Shown here in pieces: positions 1 to 8,786 of a DNA stretch of 24,829 nt. The stretch's first letter is position 1, and each line of letters starts with the position of its first letter. The stretch lies in assembly GCA_041571435.1 (NCBI GenBank), contig JBFFUI010000033.1:1-24829 (forward strand), given 5' to 3'. The notes below the pieces were generated by a model. The model did no database searches. It was not told the DNA's origin and was given only the letters and a program-made list of their open reading frames with translations. Both the position numbers and the translations under genes were made by a program. The DNA is from Sulfurimonadaceae bacterium. Its GTDB lineage: Bacteria > Campylobacterota > Campylobacteria > Campylobacterales > Sulfurimonadaceae.

Positions 1-315
1 AGTGAAGCGTTGATGGCTTACCTGGACGATCAGCTCGAGGGGATCGACCTGGACTATGAAAACCTTATTATTGCCTACGAGCCGGTCTGGGCGATCGGGA
101 GCGGCCTGACACCGAGTGCTGATGAAGTGGAGTTGATCCATACGGCGCTTCGTCAAAAGATCGCTTCGCCGATCCTCTACGGCGGCAGTGTCAAAACCTC
201 TAACGCCGAAGAGCTGCTGTCACTCAACAACGTCGACGGTGCCCTGATCGGAAGCGGTGCTTTGAACGTTGAGGATTATTGCGAGATCCTCTCTATTGCG
301 GAGAGCCTTAAGTAG
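1..315 (+). CDS. tpiA: Triosephosphate isomerase, 3' part (5' end outside window)
   Basis: Frame is open from base 1. TIM motifs AYEPVWAIGSG, LYGGSV and VDGALIG are present. TAG at 313-315. Confidence 0.96.
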   Translation, partial: SEALMAYLDDQLEGIDLDYENLIIAYEPVWAIGSGLTPSADEVELIHTALRQKIASPILYGGSVKTSNAEELLSLNNVDGALIGSGALNVEDYCEILSIAESLK

Positions 316-372
316 CTCCTGCTGCAGACCGGCGCGCTGCGGTCTGTCCACTTTTTATTCTCTTACATTAAA

Positions 373-870
373 TTACCGTTTTGTTGTACCTATAACCGGC
401 ATCGCGTTGACTTCATCGACGTGCGAAGGTTCTTTTGTCTTGTTGGCATCGCGTTTGGCTCTGTTTTCCAAATAAACGCCGGCCTTATCTACATAATACT
501 GAAGGGTAAAAGAGCTGTTGTCATCGTTGTCAGCAGTGGTATTGCTGTCGGTTTCTACAGATATATGTTTATTGTCACTGTTACTAATATTCCCATCAGC
601 GGCACGCTTTTCCGTCAGTGGGACCCACTCATTCTCTATCCACGCATTCGTACTTTTTTGCAGATAACGGTGCTCTTCGTTGTCGGCACTGTTGGTTTTG
701 GAAGGGGAGATACTCTGTAAGGCGCTGTTCACGGAAGGTGACATAATCTTGCTGTTCGCATCTTTTTTTTGACTGTCACCGTCAATAAGGTCTTGGAGGG
801 CATGCCCGCTACAGCCGTATAGCAGGGCAACAGTAAAGAAGGTCATAATGTGTTTTATAAATAGAATCAT
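373..870 (-). CDS. Hypothetical lipoprotein, 165 aa
   Basis: Hydrophobic N-terminus ending in lipobox LYG-C. S/N/D-rich low-complexity middle. No recognisable family. Confidence 0.75.
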   Translation of the reverse strand: MILFIKHIMTFFTVALLYGCSGHALQDLIDGDSQKKDANSKIMSPSVNSALQSISPSKTNSADNEEHRYLQKSTNAWIENEWVPLTEKRAADGNISNSDNKHISVETDSNTTADNDDNSSFTLQYYVDKAGVYLENRAKRDANKTKEPSHVDEVNAMPVIGTTKR

Positions 871-964
871 AGACAGGAGCTTACAAGGTTAAATCTAAAA
901 GAAATATTAACTATATATTATATATAGACAATGAATCACTTTCGTAATATTTGGGAGATTTGGA

Positions 965-984
965 ATGTGATAAATATGTGATAA
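965..984. promoter_or_regulatory. ATGTGATAA direct repeat with 11-bp period; candidate regulator binding site
   Basis: ATGTGATAA at 965-973 and 976-984, with a third TGTGATAA at 1042-1049. Lies in the divergent lipoprotein/porin intergenic region. Confidence 0.45.
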
Positions 985-1030
985 GGCCCACAAAACAGGG
1001 ATTTGAATAAAATTATCAATAAAAGAAATC

Positions 1031-1052
1031 TTTAAGATAACTGTGATAAACT
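1031..1052 (+). promoter_or_regulatory. Putative sigma70 promoter of porin 1 (extended -10)
   Basis: TTTAAG (1031-1036) followed by TGaTAAACT (1044-1052). SD AAGGAG precedes the ATG at 1098. Confidence 0.5.
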
Positions 1053-1097
1053 TTACGCAGACAAATTCTTACGTCGAGCTATTCTTAAGGAGAATAT

Positions 1098-2348
1098 ATG
1101 AAATTAGTTAAAATGAGTTTACTGGCGGCAACGCTTATCACATCAAGTGCATTTGCAATTGACAATGTAAAAGTATCGGGTGATGCTGAACTGTACTATG
1201 GTACAACCGATATGGAAAATGCCAAAGATGTTGGTTTTTTCCATAGAGACACTTCATATGGTCAAGCAGGCCTTGATCTAGGTCTTACTGCTGATCTGGC
1301 TGAAGGCGTATCTGGTGGTGTTGCACTTCAGGGTCTTTCTACTCTAGGTCTTGAAAACCAATTGGTTAGCGGTATTTGGGCTGGTCAAAGTCTTCAGACT
1401 CAGTACTGGTTCTCGGAAGCATACGTTGCTGCAACACTAGGTAAGACTACAGCTAAGATCGGTCGTCAGACACTTGACACGCCACTTGCGTTCACAGAAA
1501 CGTGGAACATCGCGTCTAACACATTCGATGCGGCAGTACTTCTTAACCAGGATATCCCGGATACGACATTGGTAGCTGCATGGGTAGGTAAAGGCAATGG
1601 TGCATCCGGTTCTGTTGTTGTCTCTCCGGTAGATGTAGCGGGTGCACAAACAGATTCGTTCAATACATTTGCTGTTTCTGGTGCATATGCTTTAGCTGCT
1701 GTTAACAACTCTTGGAAACCATTGACTGCACAACTATGGTACTACAATGTAAGACAAGCTGCGGACGCTGCGTGGGTTCAAGCTGATCTTGCACTAGATT
1801 TCGGTCTTGTTGCCGGTTTCCAATATGCATCAATCACAACAAAAGGTGCTCTTGATCTTGCAGATGACTCAAGTGCAATGGCTGGAAAACTTGGTTACTC
1901 TAATGCAGATCTAGGTCTTACTGTATCTGCTGCATTCTCACAGACAGACAAAAAAGGTGCGATCGATATCTCTAACGTTGCAACTGGTCACACAGCAGCT
2001 TCTCAGTCTAAACTGTACACTGAAGCGTGGTGGAACTACGGTTATGTAGGTGCAGCTGACATGACAGCGATCAATGTGACTGCAGAATATGCAATCAAAG
2101 ATGTTGCAGACCTTGGTCTATACGTAACTAATGTAACTGCAGGTGATGAGCTTGTAGGTGGTGGTGCAGGTACAAGTCGCCATGCAGATATGATGGAAGT
2201 GGCACTGACTGCCGGTACATCATTCGGTCCACTTGATACAACTGTGGCGTATATCTATACAGATGCTGAAGACCAAAACATCAAAGCTGGTGACACTACA
2301 GGTACAGCATACTCTACACTTCAAGCTTACCTAACGCTAAACTTCTAA
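1098..2348 (+). CDS. Major outer membrane porin (Campylobacter MOMP/PorA-like), paralog 1
   Basis: Signal peptide MKLVKMSLLAA...SAFA and DNVKVSG resemble the PorA N-terminus. Beta-barrel-like alternation and a C-terminal Phe (YLTLNF). Highly-expressed codon bias. Confidence 0.85.
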   Translation: MKLVKMSLLAATLITSSAFAIDNVKVSGDAELYYGTTDMENAKDVGFFHRDTSYGQAGLDLGLTADLAEGVSGGVALQGLSTLGLENQLVSGIWAGQSLQTQYWFSEAYVAATLGKTTAKIGRQTLDTPLAFTETWNIASNTFDAAVLLNQDIPDTTLVAAWVGKGNGASGSVVVSPVDVAGAQTDSFNTFAVSGAYALAAVNNSWKPLTAQLWYYNVRQAADAAWVQADLALDFGLVAGFQYASITTKGALDLADDSSAMAGKLGYSNADLGLTVSAAFSQTDKKGAIDISNVATGHTAASQSKLYTEAWWNYGYVGAADMTAINVTAEYAIKDVADLGLYVTNVTAGDELVGGGAGTSRHADMMEVALTAGTSFGPLDTTVAYIYTDAEDQNIKAGDTTGTAYSTLQAYLTLNF

Positions 2349-2385
2349 TCCTTTAGAAGTCTTACTTTCCGCCTCCGGGCGGAAA
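2341..2385 (+). terminator. Double hairpin after porin 1 (terminator or 3' stabiliser)
   Basis: ACTTCTAA-tcct-TTAGAAGT (2341-2360, covers the stop codon), then TTTCCGCC-tccg-GGCGGAAA (2366-2385). U-tract is weak. Confidence 0.65.
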
Positions 2386-2537
2386 CTTCAATTTTCATCT
2401 TTCTACATTTTATTACGATCTCGTAAAAGAGCTTTTCTGTTTTTATTTTAAAACACGTTTTACGACTGTAAAATACCTTTACAATGTAGTGATTACAATT
2501 TAATCAGATTAATGTCTAACGCTCTTTCTAGATGTAC

Positions 2538-2543
2538 TATACT
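2538..2543 (+). promoter_or_regulatory. Putative -10 box of porin 2
   Basis: TATACT about 30 nt upstream of ATG 2573, with SD AAGGA before the start. Confidence 0.45.
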
Positions 2544-2572
2544 TCCTTGAATCTAAAAATTTAAGGATAAAC

Positions 2573-3847
2573 ATGAAACTAGTAAAAATGAGTCTTTTAG
2601 CGGCAACGCTGATCGCATCAAGTGCATTTGCAATCGACAACGTAAAAGTATCGGGAGATGCGAAATTGTTTTACGCAACACTTGATGCTGCTGACGGCAC
2701 GCTGTTCAACACTGTAGACAGTGCAGGTCAAACATCGTTAGGTCTAGGTATTACGGCTGACCTTACAGAGGGTGTCTCTGCAGGGGCACACTTGACTGGG
2801 ATCTCGGCAATGGGTCTTACGAACATTGTTGGAGGCGTGTGGGAAGCTGGTCTGGATGATGAGTTCCTGTTCGATGAGGCATGGCTTGCTGCCACAGTCG
2901 GTAAGACGACTGCAAAAGCGGGTCGAATGACACTGGACACACCACTTGCATTTACAGAGACATGGTCGGTTGCCTACAACACATTTGAAGCTGCCGTACT
3001 TATGAACACGGATATCCCGGATACGACATTGGTCGGTGCCTACATCGGAGCTGCCAACAACGGTAATGAACTAGGTAACTGGGGCACGCCATTCGGTCTT
3101 GGTGGTGCAGCTGGTACAGGTATTGGTGGTGTTATCAGTACTTTTGATCCGACAACTGCATCCGGATCAAACTTCTCTCTAGTTAACAATGGTAACGGTG
3201 CTTACGCGATCGGTGCTATCAACAACTCATGGGTACCGTTGACGGCACAGGGTTGGTACTACAACCTGCCGGAAACGGCATACGCATACTGGCTTCAAGC
3301 TGATCTTGCCCTTGATATGGGTCTGACTGCGGGTCTCCAGTTCACCGGCATAGAACTTAAAAATCAGGTACCTACTGCTGACACAGGTAATACGGCAGTT
3401 GCAGGTAAAATCGGTTACGAGATGAAAGACACATTCGCACTCTCTGTTGCAGCTTCACAGACGGGTGAAAACAATCAATTTATTGGTGCCGGTGCAAACG
3501 TCTTCGGTGCACAGAGTAAACTGTACACGGAAGCATGGTGGAACTTTACCTATGTTGAACGTCCGGATACAACGTCTATCAACGTAACAGCAACGACTCC
3601 GGAAGAGTTGACGTATGTTGCGTTGGGTCTTTACGCTACACAAGCAACTGTCGGTGAGAACGGTACAGGTGTAGACCTCAAACAAGATATGATGGAAGTT
3701 ACGCTTGAAGCGGCTAAATCTTTCGGTCCTCTTGATGTCGGTCTTTACTACATCTTGACAGACGCTGAAGATCAGAACCCTGATGCCGTTACAGGTGAAG
3801 GTCAATCTTACAACACTGTTCAAGCTTACCTTACTTACAACTTCTAA
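2573..3847 (+). CDS. Major outer membrane porin (MOMP/PorA-like), paralog 2
   Basis: Signal peptide nearly identical to paralog 1. Shared blocks TLDTPLAFTETW, DIPDTTLV, QSKLYTEAWWN and SFGPLD. C-terminal YLTYNF. Confidence 0.85.
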   Translation: MKLVKMSLLAATLIASSAFAIDNVKVSGDAKLFYATLDAADGTLFNTVDSAGQTSLGLGITADLTEGVSAGAHLTGISAMGLTNIVGGVWEAGLDDEFLFDEAWLAATVGKTTAKAGRMTLDTPLAFTETWSVAYNTFEAAVLMNTDIPDTTLVGAYIGAANNGNELGNWGTPFGLGGAAGTGIGGVISTFDPTTASGSNFSLVNNGNGAYAIGAINNSWVPLTAQGWYYNLPETAYAYWLQADLALDMGLTAGLQFTGIELKNQVPTADTGNTAVAGKIGYEMKDTFALSVAASQTGENNQFIGAGANVFGAQSKLYTEAWWNFTYVERPDTTSINVTATTPEELTYVALGLYATQATVGENGTGVDLKQDMMEVTLEAAKSFGPLDVGLYYILTDAEDQNPDAVTGEGQSYNTVQAYLTYNF

Positions 3848-3885
3848 TCCTTTAGAGGTGTAACCTTTCCGCCTTCGGGCGGAAA
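3840..3885 (+). terminator. Double hairpin after porin 2 (terminator or 3' stabiliser)
   Basis: ACTTCTAA-tcct-TTAGAGGT (3840-3859), then TTTCCGCC-ttcg-GGCGGAAA (3866-3885, cUUCGg loop). Confidence 0.65.
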
Positions 3886-4189
3886 CCCTACTCAGATCTA
3901 CGTTTTACATACACTCTGACGATAACAACTTTTCCTATTTGCGTTAATATCAAAACCTGACATTTATTCAACTTCCGGCATCTATTATTATTATCTGCAC
4001 TTACTGTTTTACCCGTAAACTTCGTGCTGTAGACCTACTGTACCTGTCCGAGCCAAACAGACCTATCCCTATCTTTTAATACTGAGTTCTTTCATCTTCT
4101 TGTTATTGTTGTTAGTCTGGCGATTTACCGGATGGCTGTATATATTGGGTATATGACATGAGGACTACTAACGCTATAGACCCTGTCTG

Positions 4190-6502
4190 TTATGTGTTAG
4201 TGAGGTAGCTCTGGAAGGCCTCGACCGGCAGTGGTCTGGATGCGAGGTAGCCCTGGTAATAGAGCGTGGGCTTTATCTCTTCGAGCAGGCGTCTCTGCGA
4301 CTCCTCTTCGATCCCTTCGGCCACGATCTGATAGTTGAACTGCTCGGCGGTGTGGATGATGGCGCGGATAAGTTTCTCATCCTCGGGATCGTCAAGAATG
4401 TCCTGGACAAAGGATTTGTCGATCTTAAGCGCAGTGAACGGGAGCCGTTTGAGGTAGGAAAGTGATGAGTAACCGGTTCCGAAGTCGTCGATGATGAAGT
4501 CGATACCCGCATCATTCAGTCTTCCGACGACCTCTTGTGCCTTGTCAAAATTGGTGATAAGCGCGGTTTCGGTGATCTCCAGTTTTATCAGGCTTTTTTC
4601 GATGCTGTATTGCTCCATCATCGCCAGCATATCGTCGGCAAACCCTTTTTCAAGCAGGTGGCGTGTACTGATGTTGATGGTGATGTATTCGAGTGTAAAC
4701 TGACCGCTCTTTTGCCATCTGCTGATCTGTTTACATGTCTCCTCAATGACCCAGTCACCAATCGTGTTGATGAGTGACGACTCTTCAGCCACGGAAATCA
4801 GCTTGTCGGTCGGAATAAATGCACCATCATGCTGCCAGCGCAGCAGGGTCTCCGCCGCAATGACTCTGTTGGTGTTTATGGTCAGGATCGGTTGAAAATA
4901 GAGCGAGAGCTCCTCGCGTTCGATAGCGTGGCGCAGGTTTTTTTTCATCTCGATATAACTCTGCATCTGACGATCCATCTCGGGATCGTAAAAACTGGTC
5001 CGTTTTCGTCCTGCTGCTTTTGACTGGTACATGGCCATATCGGCGCGGCGCATGATCTCATCACTCTCTTTGTGTTGTGCATTGAAAAGAGAGATACCGA
5101 TACTGGTCGACGTAAATAGAAGATGGGCGTCAATGGAGAATGCTTCGCCCATCACGTCATGGATCTTCTGGGCGACTTCATAGGCATGCCGGAGCGCAGC
5201 ATCTTCATCCTGGGAGAGCTCAGGCAACAAGATGACGAACTCATCACCGCCGAGGCGGCTCAGCGTGTCACTTTTACGGAGTGTCTGTGACAACCGATCG
5301 GCAGTTGCGGTGAGAATCTTGTCACCGATGGCGTGGCCCAGGGAATCGTTGATCTGTTTAAAATGGTCCAGGTCCAGAAAGAGTAGTGCTGAATAGGCGT
5401 GGTGGCGCTCTTGTTCGATTAAGAGCTGCGACATCCGCTCTTTAAGCAGTTTACGGTTGGGAAGAGAGGTCAAGGGGTCGTGGAGTGAGAGAAACTCCGC
5501 TTCCATGCGCATAGCGTACTCTTTGGTCTTGTCCTCCATCATACAGAGACCCCCCTGCGATTTTCCGTTGGCATCGATAAGCGGGGTCATCTGGATCTTG
5601 ACAGTGAGATCGAGGCCCGCGATCTTACTGTGGTAGGGGCCTTCATATTGTGTCGGTATGCCTTCTGCGACGGAGGAACGAATGGCCTCCAGAGGACGGG
5701 AGTCCGGAAGATTATTCAGGTTCAGGCCTATGAGCTGCTCTTTGGAGGCATGCATGATCGATGCAAGCTGCTGGTTGCAGTCAAGCAACGTCAGGTCATT
5801 ATCATAGTAGAAGACACCTATCGGGGCCTGATCAAACATCATATGAAGCCGTTTCTCATTTTCAATAAGCTTCTCTTTGGCAATATCGTAGAGATCATGG
5901 GTCTTATAGGTATCAACAAGGGTGGCATGAAGCTTGCGCGCGGCACTGCTGACAATTATAAAGTACAACAGGATCAAAATAGTGATGACGGCGAAGAAGG
6001 GATTGTCCGATCGCCAGAAGATATAGAGCAGCGGCAGCAAAAGTGCGTAGATGTAGATGTGAGACAAGCGCAGATCGGCGGCGAGGGTCGTTATGGCACC
6101 GGCACTCATACCAAAGATGACAAAGGCGATAAAAAAGTTGACAGGCAGATCGGACTCAGACATAAAAAGCAGCGGGATAAGACCCCAAAGCAGTGCAGAA
6201 AAGACGACGCCTAGTGCAAAATGCTGATACCAGTAAGAAAATGTGTTTTTCTCTTTACCTTTTATATAGAAGCGCGCATCTATAAAACGGAAGAGCGTCA
6301 ACGTCGTTATAGCGGCATACCAGATCGAAATCGTCGTATGGTCAACAAAGGGCCATAGGACATAGAACAGGAAACTTGCGACGACAATCATCACATAGGA
6401 GGATTTGAGAAAGTTGGCGTAAAGAAGATCAAGCAGGCGTGCTTTTATCTCCTCACTGTATGGGGTAGGTGAAAGTGCAAACAGTGATAAAAATTTATCC
6501 AT
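4190..6502 (-). CDS. Membrane-bound PAS-GGDEF-EAL protein (diguanylate cyclase/phosphodiesterase)
   Basis: Several N-terminal TM segments and a PAS-like region. HDPLTSLPNR, DLDHFKQIND, RLGGDEF with an RxxD I-site (RKSD). EAL domain with ETLLRW, DDFGTGYSSLSYL, EGIE and QGY. Confidence 0.95.
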   Translation of the reverse strand: MDKFLSLFALSPTPYSEEIKARLLDLLYANFLKSSYVMIVVASFLFYVLWPFVDHTTISIWYAAITTLTLFRFIDARFYIKGKEKNTFSYWYQHFALGVVFSALLWGLIPLLFMSESDLPVNFFIAFVIFGMSAGAITTLAADLRLSHIYIYALLLPLLYIFWRSDNPFFAVITILILLYFIIVSSAARKLHATLVDTYKTHDLYDIAKEKLIENEKRLHMMFDQAPIGVFYYDNDLTLLDCNQQLASIMHASKEQLIGLNLNNLPDSRPLEAIRSSVAEGIPTQYEGPYHSKIAGLDLTVKIQMTPLIDANGKSQGGLCMMEDKTKEYAMRMEAEFLSLHDPLTSLPNRKLLKERMSQLLIEQERHHAYSALLFLDLDHFKQINDSLGHAIGDKILTATADRLSQTLRKSDTLSRLGGDEFVILLPELSQDEDAALRHAYEVAQKIHDVMGEAFSIDAHLLFTSTSIGISLFNAQHKESDEIMRRADMAMYQSKAAGRKRTSFYDPEMDRQMQSYIEMKKNLRHAIEREELSLYFQPILTINTNRVIAAETLLRWQHDGAFIPTDKLISVAEESSLINTIGDWVIEETCKQISRWQKSGQFTLEYITINISTRHLLEKGFADDMLAMMEQYSIEKSLIKLEITETALITNFDKAQEVVGRLNDAGIDFIIDDFGTGYSSLSYLKRLPFTALKIDKSFVQDILDDPEDEKLIRAIIHTAEQFNYQIVAEGIEEESQRRLLEEIKPTLYYQGYLASRPLPVEAFQSYLTNT

Positions 6503-6610
6503 ATAGGGACCTCCCTATGAGCGTCATCTATCTCGCTATATAATACAACACTATTTTTTAATGATTACTATTAACCGGCATACACTATGAAAGTGTATGG
6601 TCGCGCAGCA

Positions 6611-7711
6611 TTAAAGCTCCTCATGTTCGTGCAGCGAATACTCTTCTCCCTCCGTCAAGGCCCAGACACTGAACGGGATCATCTCTACCGGTACAAACGG
6701 GTGCTGCAGGGTAGACTCATTGCTCATGGTGACGATTTCGACCTTTTGAATACCGTGGGTGATGATAAAACCCTCGACTTTCTCTATCTTTTTAAAGAGG
6801 GCCTCCTGGTTGCCAAAGGGCATGCAGATGACGATACGGTTCTGGTCCGGTAAGTAGAAGTCCACCTCTTCGTCATAGAAGAGCGTGAACTCTTTTTTGA
6901 TCATCTCGAGATAGATCATGTTCTCAAACAGGCGGCCAAAATGCTTTTGCGTGGAGAGGGCATTTTTAACGGCGGTGTCGCAGAGGTAGAGTTTTTTGGC
7001 CGCCCGGGGATGGTTGTATTTTTCGAGCTGGTGGAGGTAGCCTTGACGTATGATAGTCTCAAAGTTTCTATAGAGCATGTCTTTCGAGATCTTGCGCGTT
7101 GTTTTGAGGCGTTCATACAACATATGGGCCGAGACTTTCTGGGTGATCAGGTTGGTACTCAAAAGCATAATGTCAAAACCGATCTCGGACAGGGCGTGCT
7201 GAAGGCTGCGCTGGATATGACGGGTACGTTCTTCAGAGGGGACTCTGTGCATGGCAGGGAAACCACCGAGCTGGAAAAAATGGTTCAGCGCGCTCTCGTC
7301 ATAACGGGGTTCAAAAGCGAGAAAACCTTCGAAGTCCAGAGGGTAGAGCCTGATGGTCTTGAGCTCGCTGTAATCATAGTGGTCCACACTGGCAATGATA
7401 AGCTGGTTGACTTTGGGGAGGGTTATCGCTTCTCTATAGTTGTCCAATGCGACTACCGTTATGTCGTTCTGATTACAGAACCGGGTCAGGGTCTCGTTAA
7501 GTGATGGCGTGTCGATCCGCAGGTCATCACAGTCTATATAGAGGTAACTGTTTTTTTTGTATCCCAGCAGGGTGTGTTTGATGAGCGCTGATTTACCGGA
7601 TTGGCTGATGCCGTTGATCTGATAGGAACCCTCTCCAAGAAAATAGCGCCGTTCTATATATTGCGGCGCATGCAGGTCTTGTCTGTAATACTCTTCAAGC
7701 AATATATCCAA
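6611..7711 (-). CDS. ATP-binding protein, AAA_14/DUF4143-like
   Basis: Walker A GISQSGKS, Walker B-like VVALDN, GGFP, KKLYLCD and G-LFENMI motifs typical of this family. TTG start with GGAG SD. Confidence 0.75.
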   Translation of the reverse strand: MDILLEEYYRQDLHAPQYIERRYFLGEGSYQINGISQSGKSALIKHTLLGYKKNSYLYIDCDDLRIDTPSLNETLTRFCNQNDITVVALDNYREAITLPKVNQLIIASVDHYDYSELKTIRLYPLDFEGFLAFEPRYDESALNHFFQLGGFPAMHRVPSEERTRHIQRSLQHALSEIGFDIMLLSTNLITQKVSAHMLYERLKTTRKISKDMLYRNFETIIRQGYLHQLEKYNHPRAAKKLYLCDTAVKNALSTQKHFGRLFENMIYLEMIKKEFTLFYDEEVDFYLPDQNRIVICMPFGNQEALFKKIEKVEGFIITHGIQKVEIVTMSNESTLQHPFVPVEMIPFSVWALTEGEEYSLHEHEEL

Positions 7712-7801
7712 AATGACTCCTTCTATTTGCTACAGATTTTACCATTTCCTTTTAAAAAGGAAATAAAATCTGACAAATTTCTTAAAATAGCCCCTGTAAC
7801 C

Positions 7802-7830
7802 TTGAACTATTGTCAGTATTTCGGTACAAT
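7802..7830 (+). promoter_or_regulatory. Putative sigma70 promoter of the S10 operon
   Basis: TTGAAC (7802-7807), 17-bp spacer, TACAAT (7825-7830), upstream of rpsJ. Confidence 0.7.
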
Positions 7831-7887
7831 CCCGCTCTCTATATATAGTCAGACTTGATCTGACGAGTTCTTTATGAGGAAAATTTT

Positions 7888-8199
7888 ATGGAAAAAATTC
7901 GTTTGAAACTAAGAGCTTACGACCATCGTGTACTCGATCGTTCAGTAAGTTCAATCGTTGAGGCAGTAAAGAGAACAGGCGCGGAAATCCGTGGTCCGAT
8001 CCCTTTGCCAACTAAAGTACGTAAGTACACTGTTCTTAAGTCAGTTCACGTTAACAAAGATTCTCGTGAGCAGTTTGAGATCCGTATGCATGCACGTCTT
8101 ATCGACATCGTTTCTGCTACGCCGGAAACTGTTGATTCACTAATGAAACTAGATCTTGCACCGGAAGTGGACGTTGAAGTCCGCTCTATGGACAAGTAA
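7888..8199 (+). CDS. rpsJ: 30S ribosomal protein S10
   Basis: [29 protein letters not shown]. Confidence 0.99.
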   Translation: MEKIRLKLRAYDHRVLDRSVSSIVEAVKRTGAEIRGPIPLPTKVRKYTVLKSVHVNKDSREQFEIRMHARLIDIVSATPETVDSLMKLDLAPEVDVEVRSMDK

Positions 8200-8210
8200 G
8201 GAGCTGAGAG

Positions 8211-8786
8211 ATGGAATATATTGTTGAAAAAATCGGCATGAGCCGTACAATTACTGTCCCTTCAGTACCGGTTACTCTTTTGAAACTAAAAGAAGTAAAA
8301 GTATGTGAAGTCAATGATGGTGTTGCGATCGTATCTTACAACGATGGTAAAAAGTCAGACAAAGCAATCGAAGGTCAGCAAAAGAAATATAACCTTTCTG
8401 CTGAATTCAACCGTTTCGCAACAATGACTGTTGCTAACACTGAAGCAGGTGATCTTGATCTTGCTCCACTTGCAGAAGCGAAAGTGATCAAAACATCTTT
8501 TGCTACTAAAGGTCGCGGTTTCGCGGGTGTTGTTAAACGTTGGAACTTCGGTGGTGGTCCAGGTTCTCACGGTCACCGTTTTCACCGTACAGGTGGATCG
8601 ATCGGTAATGCTGAGTGGCCAGGTCGCGTTATGAAGGGTCGTAAGATGTCAGGACACTACGGTAACACAAAAAATACTGTAAAAAATGAGATCGTTTCTT
8701 ATGACGCTGAAAATGGTGTTATCGCTGTTAAGGGTGCTGTATCAGGACCAAACGGTGGTCTAGGTCGTATAAAGGTAGTTAAATAA
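8211..8786 (+). CDS. rplC: 50S ribosomal protein L3
   Basis: [36 protein letters not shown]; operon position. Confidence 0.98.
   Translation: MEYIVEKIGMSRTITVPSVPVTLLKLKEVKVCEVNDGVAIVSYNDGKKSDKAIEGQQKKYNLSAEFNRFATMTVANTEAGDLDLAPLAEAKVIKTSFATKGRGFAGVVKRWNFGGGPGSHGHRFHRTGGSIGNAEWPGRVMKGRKMSGHYGNTKNTVKNEIVSYDAENGVIAVKGAVSGPNGGLGRIKVVK

Noticed and set aside
3886-4189. 300-bp spacer between porin 2 and the GGDEF gene
   Set aside because: No convincing ORF, repeat or stable structure visible.
4273-7858. Alternate ORFs overlapping the GGDEF-EAL and AAA genes (e.g. 5630-6214, 6941-7504)
   Set aside because: Shadows of better-supported minus-strand genes.
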